Positions 26,621 through 37,402 of a DNA stretch of 48,616 nt are shown piece by piece; within the stretch, counting starts at the first letter, position 1; each line of letters opens with the position of its first letter. The stretch lies in assembly GCA_016618085.1 (NCBI GenBank), contig JABLTG010000151.1:1-48616 (forward strand). The letters are read 5' to 3'. Made by a program: the position numbers and the translations under genes. The stretch is from Neovahlkampfia damariscottae. Lineage: Eukaryota. A model generated the notes under the pieces. The model worked only from the letters and a program-made list of their open reading frames with translations. It was not told where the DNA came from and ran no database searches.

Positions 26621-27476
26621 TTAAATTAATGTTTTACAAGCTATCCAATCATCTTTGTTCAATTTTTCATAATTTCCATTTGCAGGATCAAAAGAGTACA
26701 ATATCCCTTGTTGCATTATTGTCGTTCCAGTTGATATTGTAAATGAACAAACTATAATAATCTTTCCATTTTTAATACATGAACATTCACAGGATGACCA
26801 TCCTCCTTGATTTGACACTTTTTTATATTTTCCATCATTAACATCCAATTCATAAATATAACTTCCAACAACATATACTTTTTCATCAATTGACAAAATA
26901 GCTCTACAACCATTCCATGATTCATTGTTGATTGTCAAGTAACTACCATCTTGTGGATTCCATTGAAGTAATTTTCCTGAAACCCCATCAATCATTAATA
27001 TTTTTTCTTTGTGAGCACATACACCATTTACGTTGATTGAATTCCAACCTCCTTCTCTTGAAACTTTTTCTGATTTTCCTGTTTCAATAGAAACTCTGTA
27101 AATGTATTTACAGATGATATAGAGATATCCATTGATTTCTACCATCCCATGTGCATATTTCCAATTTTCTTTGTTTAATGTTGCACATGTTTGTTCTGCC
27201 ACATTCCTGTAAAAGACAATAAGTTAGAATTCACGTTTCATACCATTTGTAAATACAACCTGACCAAGTGGAAATTACATAAATATATCCTTTGTGGTAT
27301 GCTGAAAAATGTGAATAGCCCCATCCTTTTTCTTTTGAAACTTTTTTATATTTTCCATCTTGTGTGGTCATTTGGTATATTGAATCTGCAAAAAGGAAAA
27401 GAGTACTCAATTCTTCTTTCAGTATAGGTCCTTGTTCTTTTATTGTTCCTGAGTATTCTTGTTGTGTGATTTTCAT
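26621..27476 (-). CDS. Six-repeat beta-propeller-like protein
   Basis: Intron at 27207-27243 (or 27234). Six repeats of about 40-45 aa end alternately in KVSxxxGW and LNxxxW. Confidence 0.75.
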
Positions 27477-27663
27477 TTCTGATGTTGGCAATTTTTAGAT
27501 TTTTTGGTCCAATCATTTCACTTCCAATCTTTTGCAAACATTTTTGTTGAATCGAATACGTAAATGATGAAACAGAAATATTTGAAGAAATCATAATCAG
27601 CCATGAAACCAGAAAACTCTGACTGTTTATTTGGTGAATTTGATTCAACCAATCATTTTGTTG

Positions 27664-29717
27664 ATGCAAATTGGAAAGAATTATCAGCTGCTTTTGAGTT
27701 TCACTTTATTCATTTTATTTGATTCTATTGCCACACATTACATAACAGGATGTGTGTTCCATGAAAATGTGTATTTTAGATATGAACAACAAAATAACAT
27801 CATGACATTTCGTCTGCAAACAAGAGAAGGAAAAGGAGAAAGTGAAAAACAAAAAACTAAAAATTTAGGTCCATGGTCATATGTTGGATTTGGTAAAGAT
27901 TTTATCAATAATTCAATTTCCATTCTCAATGTTTATCCAAGTACTGCTTATCAATTACAAACAAACTTAAGTGAGACTGTCAGAGGAAACGAAAGGTAAA
28001 AAACAGAACATCTCAATATTTTAGTTATGCATTTGATCCTTCAGTGTCTTTTGTTGATGAATTAGATCGTATGTTCACGTTATACTTCAACATTGAGATG
28101 AAAGATTTAATCAACCAAACATTTGTTTGGTTTTCACGAGGAGATGATCCACTGGAATCAAGAAAATATTCTCTGGAAGAGTTTATACAGAAAAAAAGTT
28201 TTGTAACCAAGATTTATCCTATTTTGACACGTAAGAAACAAATTAAATCATTTAACATTTTTTTTCACATAGACGAATTTACAACCTGTTTAAGAATAGG
28301 ATCTGTTAGAGTTGACTCCTCCAACTTTATATTCTTTATATCAACATTAATATTTTATATTATCATTTTATTCTTGTTAATTTTATTTAGAAACGAAGAA
28401 CCACTAAGGTCAAGAAGTTTAGGACCATTTATTGGTTTAATTTGTCAATTCATTTGCTTAATTGGAAATCATCTAATAACAAACACAACTTTAGAATTCA
28501 AAAATCAATACGGATGTTATGTTTTCATTTTTTGTTCTTTAATGATGATGGAATTATCATTTCTCATTCCATGCCTCATTTATTTTCGTTCATTTTTGAT
28601 TAACAATATAAATGAATACAAAGAAGAATTTTATGTTGAATCAGCATTACCAAATAAAAATAAAATCAAAAACACCATGAAAATCATATCAAGTGGAATT
28701 ATCAGCAAAAAACAAGACGAAGAAGATGATGAAGAAGAGGAAAGTAATGATGAAAGAGAGGAAAAAGAAGAAAGTTTGAACTGGAAATATTATATTTTAT
28801 CAAAGTTGGTTTCGCCATTTTCCATATTTTTTGTTATTTTAGTTTATTTATTGATCATCATTTTATTGAAATTTTTGATATTGTTACCCGAGAATTTCAA
28901 TTGCAATGGGAATATATTGCGTATTTTGAATATTGCACATTTGATTATTGCGGCAATTGTGGGGTTTTTAACATTTTTATTGCAAACTTATGATGTTTTC
29001 TTGAATAGGAAATTATTATTCAAATGTAAATTGAAACAATATTTCTTCATTAATGATCAACATTATTTTCGGATTGATATATTTAATTCAATTATTTCAT
29101 TATTTTTATACATCACCTTGTCAATTATAGTTTCAATTTTTCTTCTTGATTTTGGGAAATTTTTAACTTCAATAATGATGACATTTATCTTCACTTATAT
29201 TTTATTTTCACAAGTTCTATTTCCTCTTTTTATTACCATTTATAAAAAGATAAAAACATTAATTGTTAAAAAATTGGAAAAAAATGAAATAGACATGATT
29301 TTTTTAAATGAAGAAATTTTCGATTTATTTTTGAAACATTCAAGGGATGAATTATCAACAGAAAATATTTATTCAAAATTAGATATTAAAAAATATAAAA
29401 AATCAAACAAAAAAAAGAAAAAGAAAATTGCTTTGGCTTTTCAAAAGAAATTTTTAAAGAATTCTTGTTTGACTTTGAATGTATCCAATCAAACTCAATT
29501 GGAGACAACCAATAAAATTGATTTTGAATCATTCACAGATGATTTATTTGATTCTTTAGAATCTGAAATAGATCATAATCTACAAGATACAATTACAAGA
29601 TTTTCAAATTCATCACGTTACAAAAATTATGTAAAATTGAAAAAATTTAAAAATCTCATGTTCAATTCATCACCAGCAGAAGAAGATGAAAAAAGAAATT
29701 TATTATATTTGAATTAA
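27664..29717 (+). CDS. 7TM-RGS protein with signal peptide and extracellular domain
   Basis: Introns at 27996-28024, in-frame 28231-28272 and probably 27842-27868. Seven hydrophobic segments precede RGS motifs FLKHSRDELSTENI, LNVS and LQDTITRFSNS. Confidence 0.85.
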
Positions 29718-32371
29718 AGTTCAACATTCTTTGTGATATCATACAAACGTGGAACATATGTTGTCACTGTCAAATTTTGTGCAATAATTTTTTCAGTTCT
29801 AACTGCAAGATAACAGTTTTGACAAAAATCATCATCATTTGAAGTATGATATCTAACTCCCATGATATGTTTTTCACAATTATCACATGCATAATCTACT
29901 CAAGATATTAATAAAAATCTAGTTCACTATATTTCACAAAATTATGTTCACAAATATCATCAAGTAATTCTTTTGAAAGACATTTCTTACAACGATCTTC
30001 ATCACATTTCTCACATCGATAAAGTCTCCTATCTTTTGGAATTTTATTTGAACAAACAGTACAAGTAAAAACAGAACCTTCTTTTGAATCAATCAATCTC
30101 GAATGTTCTCCATTTGATGACGAATTTGAAGATGCAACTTTGTTGGATTGATTTGTTTTTTTGTATTTGTTTGGATTTGGTGATGAATCAGAAACTGATT
30201 GAATTAATAAAGAATTTACAGGAGCAATTGCAATATCATTAAATGATTCAACATCTCTCATTCTTTTTAACTCATTTTCTTGACTGCCATTCCTTCCACT
30301 GCAGGTATCACAGTTGCATTTTGATTCGCATACTGGACAAGTCCAATTTATCTTTAAACAATCGATTAATTTTGATGCATATCTATTCCACAAACAAGAT
30401 TCACAAAAATATCTTGGACAATCATTGGAACATTGAATAACTTCAAAAATTTGTTTTTTTTCTTTACACTGATGACATATATTTATACGATCTTTTTGAA
30501 AGCTTTGTACTTTTTTAAAACTTAAAGTACCAGGTGAATTTATTGGTGGAACAAATTTTTCAGTTTCAGTTCTTTTGAGTGATTCATTTTTCAAATGAGA
30601 AGCAAATAAGATTGATGCATTTTTCTGTTTTTGTTTTGCAGATTCTAAAAAGTGTAATAATGATCTCATAGGGATGAATTCCATCAATTTTAAATCTCTT
30701 CTATGAATACAACCTCTTCCAAAGGCAACACAAGGAAGACAAAAATCAACACCATCATCAATTCCACATTCTGAGCAATGATAGCATCTATTGAATATGT
30801 CTTGTTTACAATAATCACAAACTCTTTCATGAGGAGTAATATCATGAAATTTTTTAACTTTGAAAGTTGGGTCATCATCTTTTTTAGTAATGTACTCAGA
30901 TTGAATTATTTTTGTGACAGTTTGAATCAATGCATCAAAATCTGTTAAGAGATTTGAGTCTTCAAGATCAAAAAGTAAATCAGAAACAGAATTCATCAAT
31001 TTTTCTAATGAATAATAAGCCATTGCTTTTATCCTAAAAATTTGTTGTTTTCCAATTGTACGATATACTTCTAAAGTATCATAGGCTAATGGAATTGCTT
31101 TTGGTAACATTGTATTCCAAGCTATTTTTGTACCATGACCACCCTTTTAAAATTGTAAATTCTCAATTTTTTGAACTTACAAAATTCTCAACTTGATGAG
31201 GAGAATTTGGAGGAATTATAATATAGTCACCTAATTTTTGTTCAAAAATGATAGTTTCAAAAGGAACACAACTTAAAAAAGTTGTTGTTAAAAAACAATT
31301 ATCATGATCAAGTGATGATTTAAAATATTTCTTCAAATAACATTCAATCAATTGATAATCTTTTGGATGAAATAATTTCCAAAGTGAATAACTTTTTTCA
31401 TCTTCAACATCAACCATAACGTTATTTCCAATAGAAGCACATATATCTTTATGAGCAGGTGTATTGGTACCTTCATATCCAATATAATTCAACAATGTTA
31501 AAGGTCTTAACTTTTCCTCCAAACATGTAAAACAATCTAATTTACCTAACCATTTACACATCTCTGGAAATTGTTCATTTTCAAAAATATATGAAGACCA
31601 TTCTTTTGGACATGGTAAATCCTTTCCATATAAATGTTGTTTTGATCTTTCTTTTGATTCTAAAAACTCAACATAATCTTTCATTTTCCAGTTTGGAAAT
31701 TCTTCTAAAGTATCCGTATTTCTTGGGTATATTTCCGTATCTCCGAATTTGTATTTTAAAAAGTTTAATGAAAACAAATCAAATGTTTGTTGTTGATGGG
31801 TAAATTGTGTTGGTAGAATTGGTTTGGAATTTAAGCATTTGATTGTATTTGTAAAAACTAAAGGGTATTTTTTTTGAAATAAATGTTCTTCAACTAATCT
31901 TGTGGTAATCTCTGAGTATGGTCTTTTTTCAATGAATTTTAAATTTTTTAAACTCAAGTTGATCCAAACTTCTAAAGTAATTTCTTTTTTTTGGTGTTGA
32001 TTTTTTAAGTGTTTTTGAATTTTTTGGTAATCATTATGTTGTTCTTTACATATAGGACAGTTCAATGCGAGTTTTTCTTTTGTGGTTTTTATAAAAAAAA
32101 TCTCGGCGCAAGATTTGCATCTATTATGAATATCTTTAGTATCAAATTCTTCGCAATCAATACACCTGGTGTTTTTAGTTTTATTTTCCATTTTTAAAGC
32201 ACAGGTATTACATATATTTGAGTTCGATCTTACTTCAACTTTAAAATGATTTTCCAAGTTTTCTTTCGTCTTTGAATCAATTGTTTGGTATAATCCAAAT
32301 TTTGCTGAAGAATGTTGATCGTTTTTGCAAATACAGCAAATCAAAACTTCTTCATCTTTATTTGTTTTCAT
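29714..32371 (-). CDS. JmjC protein with multiple zinc fingers (CbfA/KDM3-like)
   Basis: Introns at 31144-31180 and 29896-29927. JmjC HxD...H (PAHKD...PHQVEN), a ZZ-like finger, a zf-4CXXC-like region (CHQC...CPVCESKCNC) and a final exon YACDNCEKHIMGVRY missing from the ORF track. Confidence 0.85.
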
Positions 32372-32423
32372 CAAAAAAAGAAATTAGATTTTGATTGGAC
32401 AAACAAGAAGTTAAAAAAACACG
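32372..32423. promoter_or_regulatory. 52-bp bidirectional promoter with a single central CCAAT box
   Basis: ATTGG at 32394-32398 lies between divergent ATGs at 32371 and 32424. Confidence 0.65.
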
Positions 32424-32834
32424 ATGAATAATGAAGAAATGAAAAACTATTTAATAAAGCTGATGAATGATGATTTTGGATTACGTGATAATCCAAAACC
32501 TTATAATCCTTCAAAGTTTTTGAGAGCGTGGCATAAATTCAGTTTTGCTGTTGGATGTGTGGCAATTTTTGGAACAATGGATTATTTCTTGAATAGATCA
32601 ACAGAAATTTCAAGACATAAAGCAAAAATAGATGCTCATTATGAAAGTTTTTTCATGAATTTTACTGATGAAGAATTAAAACAATATCATGATTATTCAA
32701 AGAATTGGACAGGTTCAACAAGAGTCATAAATGCTTCAAAACAGGCTTTGTGGTCGAGTCATTATTCAAGAATCCAAAACAGATCCAAAGTCTTTGAAAT
32801 GTTGGAAAAGAAAATTGATCAACTTGAAAAATAA
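32424..32834 (+). CDS. Hypothetical single-TM protein, 136 aa
   Basis: Intronless ORF with one hydrophobic segment, FSFAVGCVAIFGTMDYFL. Its stop lies inside AATAAA. Confidence 0.65.
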   Translation: MNNEEMKNYLIKLMNDDFGLRDNPKPYNPSKFLRAWHKFSFAVGCVAIFGTMDYFLNRSTEISRHKAKIDAHYESFFMNFTDEELKQYHDYSKNWTGSTRVINASKQALWSSHYSRIQNRSKVFEMLEKKIDQLEK

Positions 32835-32959
32835 ACCAACATTGAAAAATCAACAATGTAGATCTACTTCAAAATTGTGAATGATTGAAACTCTAAAATA
32901 AAAAAAATTTGTTAAAGAAAATAATCTTTTTTGTATTTGAAAATTGTTTAAAATTTATT

Positions 32960-34045
32960 TTATAATAATGATTTCTCTTTTACATATTCTCTAATATTTA
33001 ATGCTTGTTTTATAATTTTATTTGTTGGTATTTTTGGTAAATTATTCAAAAATGTTAAGATTTCTGAATAATTAAAATCTATAATAACGTCAAATATAAA
33101 AAAAAGAGAAATGAATTTACCCAATAATATCATTGTAAAATGTTGTAATATTGATAAACAAATATAAATCTATTTAAAAATGAATAAATCAATTGACAAA
33201 TATATATTACATGTAATTCAAAATCATTTAATATAAAATACATATCCCATATTTCTAATAAACATCTACAATATTAAATAAAAGAATAAATCTATTATTA
33301 CTCAAATTTTAATTGAAAAGATAAATAATATTTTATCCAATCTTTTGACCATTGATTTGATTCTAATTCTTCAATTTGAAAATGAGAATATAATTGTGGT
33401 TGTGTATTTCTAAATAACATTAAGAATTTACCTAATTTTAAATTATAATTCTCAAATTTAAAATTAATTTTATTCATAAATGAATTAAATGAAAAATATG
33501 ATTCAAATTCTTCATCCATAGATTCAATAAATGGTTCTAAAAGATGTATAAAATGATAATCATATTTAATATCATAATAATTATAATAAGATATTAAGAT
33601 TCTTTTCATTTTTTTTCTTTTTTCGATATTTTTAAATCTTGAATATTTTTGAATATCTGATACTATTTTAATAGATACTTCTTTATCTGTGTTTATATTT
33701 TCATTATTTAAATATTCTTCTTTTAATCTTTTACTTTTAGTAATTTCATACTACATGTTTTAATTATTTTATTCTAAATATAAATATTAAATAAAATTAG
33801 TAGTCATCTTTACATGTACTGATTTATCTATATTTAAAACATTTAAAAATAATTTCCATAAAATATTTCTTTCTTCTTTTGATGGTATACCTTCAGAAGA
33901 TAACTAAAAAAATAAACTCTTTTTTTTTTTTTTACTAAATCTCTTAATTTTTCTAAATCTATAAATGTTTCTGCATTTAATATTTCATTAATCTCTCTTT
34001 TAAAAATTAAAAATCTTTCTCTTACTTTTTTATTTCTTCATTCAT
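32960..34045 (-). CDS. TBC (RabGAP) domain protein
   Basis: About six GT-AG introns. The spliced product includes FIDLEKLRDL..SEGIPS..RNILWKLFL, FLMLFRNTQPQLYSHF and CLLEIWDMYF. Confidence 0.75.
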
Positions 34046-34082
34046 TGGTTTATTGTTTTTAATTGGTCAATAATGAAACCAA

Positions 34083-34340
34083 CAAATATTTGAGTTAACA
34101 AGTGAAGATAGTTACGATTTTATATAAGAATATTCAGAATATAGATGAAATTGAGAGAAGTGAATAATTATTCGAATCTCAATTTCGACAACATCTATTT
34201 TAACTATTGTTATTCAAATGATTGATAAAAATCCAAAGAATAGACCACTGATGTCAGATATCATTTCAGAATTAAGAGAAATTCAAAAACCGATGAAGAA
34301 AAAGAAAATAATTTATCAATTGATGAAGAAATTAAAATGA
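34083..34340 (+). pseudogene. Decayed protein kinase C-terminal fragment
   Basis: IQMIDKNPKNRPLMSDIISELREI resembles kinase subdomain XI. The upstream IFELT segment is interrupted by several in-frame stops. Confidence 0.5.
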
Positions 34341-34615
34341 AATGAAAGCTATCAAATTTAAAATCAAATCATGTTATTGAAATTGAAAAATGAATCATTT
34401 CAAAATAACTTTATTTTTTCATTAAGTTTCCAAAATATAGTGTCTTGACTTCACATGGTTCATTAAATAATGTTAATAATTCATATTTAACTTGTTGTTT
34501 ATTTATATTTTTTGGTAATAATATATTATATTGTTAGTTATCTTTTTAGCAAATTTAAATAATTCAACAAAAATAAAATAAAAATTTGGTCCAATTAGAA
34601 TTTTGTTTATTTTTG

Positions 34616-35853
34616 ATGTTTCACCCAAAAGTTCGGACTTATGCTGTTTTTTTTTGTTTATTGTTATTTGTTTCATGGTTACCTTCAAATTACACCGAAA
34701 GAATTAAATTACTCTTCCAATATTTCATGTTGGTTCAAATATTTGATTTACTCAAAAAACAAAAATATTATACGTTAATTTTAATAATAACATCATTAAC
34801 ATTCACGGTTATAGATCAAGAATTAATATCAAAAGATTACCCATCAATGATTTTTTCAAAAGAATTTTTATCCGAAATTTCCTTCAAGGATTATTACATA
34901 TTTCCGAACTTCAAAATGAATGCAAAAGGTAAAAAAAAAGTTTATTTTTCTCATTATTAATAGAACATTCTGGTGATATTTTTCAAACTCATGGATATAT
35001 CGGACTTTTTATTTATTTAATTCTACCTGATTTGTACTTGATTGTTTTTACAAACATAAAAATGGCTTTGTTTGATTTAGTTGTTATATTGTATTCAGCA
35101 CCTGTAGCAACAATGTACTATAGTCTTGTTCGTTATGGCCTGCAAAATAGACATCCAAATTTGATGATTCTTTTATTTTTAAGATGTGCATTAGAATTGG
35201 TTATTTATATACTCCAAAACAAAAGAATTAGAGAAGAAGTTCAAACTGAATTTGAAAATCAAAGAATACGACAAACTCGTGGAAATATTGATCGATTGGA
35301 AAGAATTCTAAATTCAATTGGAACAATGGCAAATTTGAACGAAATGTCTTCAAAATTAGAAAAATTACAACATTTCTTTACAATGCTACAAGATACTTCA
35401 AAGATTAAACAATTCAATTTAATTCAACTTTTAACAGCTCAAAAGGATTTATATTCAACTTTGGATTCAATAAATTATGAATTATCAGAGAGAAATTCAA
35501 ACAATTCAAAAGAGTATTCAACACCTCCTATGAAATCAGAAAAATGTGTCATTTGTTATGAATGTTCAAATCCAAACATTTTATTTTCACCTTGTAATCA
35601 TCAATGTATATGTGAAGATTGTTTGAATGAAATGTTAGGATCGGATTCTCTTTCTCATTGTTTTTTATGCAAAATTCCAATAATATCATGGGAAGTACGA
35701 TCGAATATTCAACTTTTAAACAAAATAAATGAAACAGATTTCAAAAAAGAATCATTTGATTATACAATGGAACAATTATTTCAACTTCAAAATTATGTAA
35801 AAAAAAACCCAAATGTAACAAAAAATTTGAGGAATACAGATGTTATTTTCTAA
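34616..35853 (+). CDS. Membrane protein with a C-terminal C3HC4 RING finger (putative E3 ligase)
   Basis: Intron at 34929-34963. Several TM segments and a coiled coil precede CVIC...PCNHQCICEDC...CFLC. Confidence 0.8.
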
Positions 35854-37233
35854 TAAATTTTGTTGAATCTACTTTTAAATCTTGTATTTGTTCCAATTCT
35901 TCTTTCAATGATTTCAAATTTGGGTATTGTTCTTGAGACAAATGAATATATCTCGTCATTCCATGGGTATTAACAAATTCTGATTCTTTATACATTATAT
36001 CATATCCTACATGTTTATAAATGATTGATTTATCATTTTCTTGTCCTGATTTGGGGAGAAGTGGTATTGGATCCAATTGATTCCAAATTCTCAAAATATT
36101 TGTTTTTCCAAGAATTGATTCAACAATTTCTGTTGATGTATCCGTAAAAACTTTAGGAGATGCAAAACTGATATTATTTACTGTTGAAATGATATTTTGA
36201 TGTTTTTTCTTTATGTAACAAGATGCAATGGTGGAAAGTGCTCCACCGAGACTATGACCTGTGACAGTTACCATTAGCTTACTTTTTTGTAATTCTTCTT
36301 TGTATAAACTTAGAATTTGATCAAATGATTCATCAAAGTCTTGAATTCTATCGAGAAATGTACTTTGAAATCCCCCATGTAATTTGAATGATGTTTTTCC
36401 AAAAATTGAAGATGAATTTTTAACTCCAAAATCAAGATTTGTTGACCAATCTTGTACTGTTTTTGTTCCTTTGAAAATAATTACCATATGGTTCGTTGGT
36501 TGGTTATAAATGAAGATTGAAGATAATTGATTATCATTTCTCAATGAATAACCCAATACACGATAAGACCCAAAGGTTTCATTATCTTTCAATAATTCAA
36601 TCATATTTCTAACTGATATATTTTTCAAAATGGATATTTCATGCTCTAAAACATTTAAATCATGTGTTAAATTTTCCATTGATAAAGTTTGCTTTTTATC
36701 TTGCTCAGAAAAGAAATTTGTGAATTGTTTTATCAAGTTCCCTGATTCATCATTTTTTCTTGTTGTTAAAATTGCCTCTTTCAATTTTGTAACTTGCTCT
36801 AAAGCAATTTTTCCAATATCAATTTCTTTCTCTTCATAGACGTTATCACAAAGTTTGGCCAAATCAACAACTTTTTGTTTTGATAATGAACTGATAAAAT
36901 TCTCTTCTGAAAATATTTTTATCAAATCTTCTATTGATGTTTCTTGTGTTTGCAAAATGTTTGACAGAGAACTTTTCTTTTTTAATTGTTTTTTTTTTAA
37001 TTTTACTCTTTATGAAACTTTTCAATTGCCAATTTATACTCTTCAAAGTTTGGAATGAAACTTTCGGTGGACAACGATTCAGCTTAGAATTTGATAAAAA
37101 CTAAATTTGAGTTACTGAGTGTTGTAAGAGTAGTTCCAAAAATATTCGTTTGTTTTGTGGTGTACATTTTGTTGAATTTTGCACTGTTTTTGAAGTTTCT
37201 TTTGTTAAAATTCTGCACCAACCACTTTTTCAT
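35843..37233 (-). CDS. Class 3 lipase with a possible mitochondrial presequence
   Basis: FKGT, HGGF, GHSLGG, DPIP and HVG motifs. Two 5' introns link the main exon to ATG 37233 (MKKWLVQNFNKRNFKNSAKF). Confidence 0.85.
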
Positions 37234-37300
37234 TTTTTCGTTTTTTGATGCACTTGAATGATTGGTCTAGAATTATAGATATGAAATAGTTTTTAAGATA

Positions 37301-37332
37301 AAAAAGTGAAAAACTGAAAAAGTGAAAAACTA
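37301..37332. repeat. 16-bp tandem duplication in a divergent intergenic region
   Basis: AAAAAGTGAAAAACTG followed by AAAAAGTGAAAAACTA. Confidence 0.6.
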
Positions 37333-37402
37333 AAAAATTCATATTTTTTGCTCTAGTTTTTTGTTGACATTTCATTGGTGTGTATTTTTGGAACTGGTAG
37401 AG

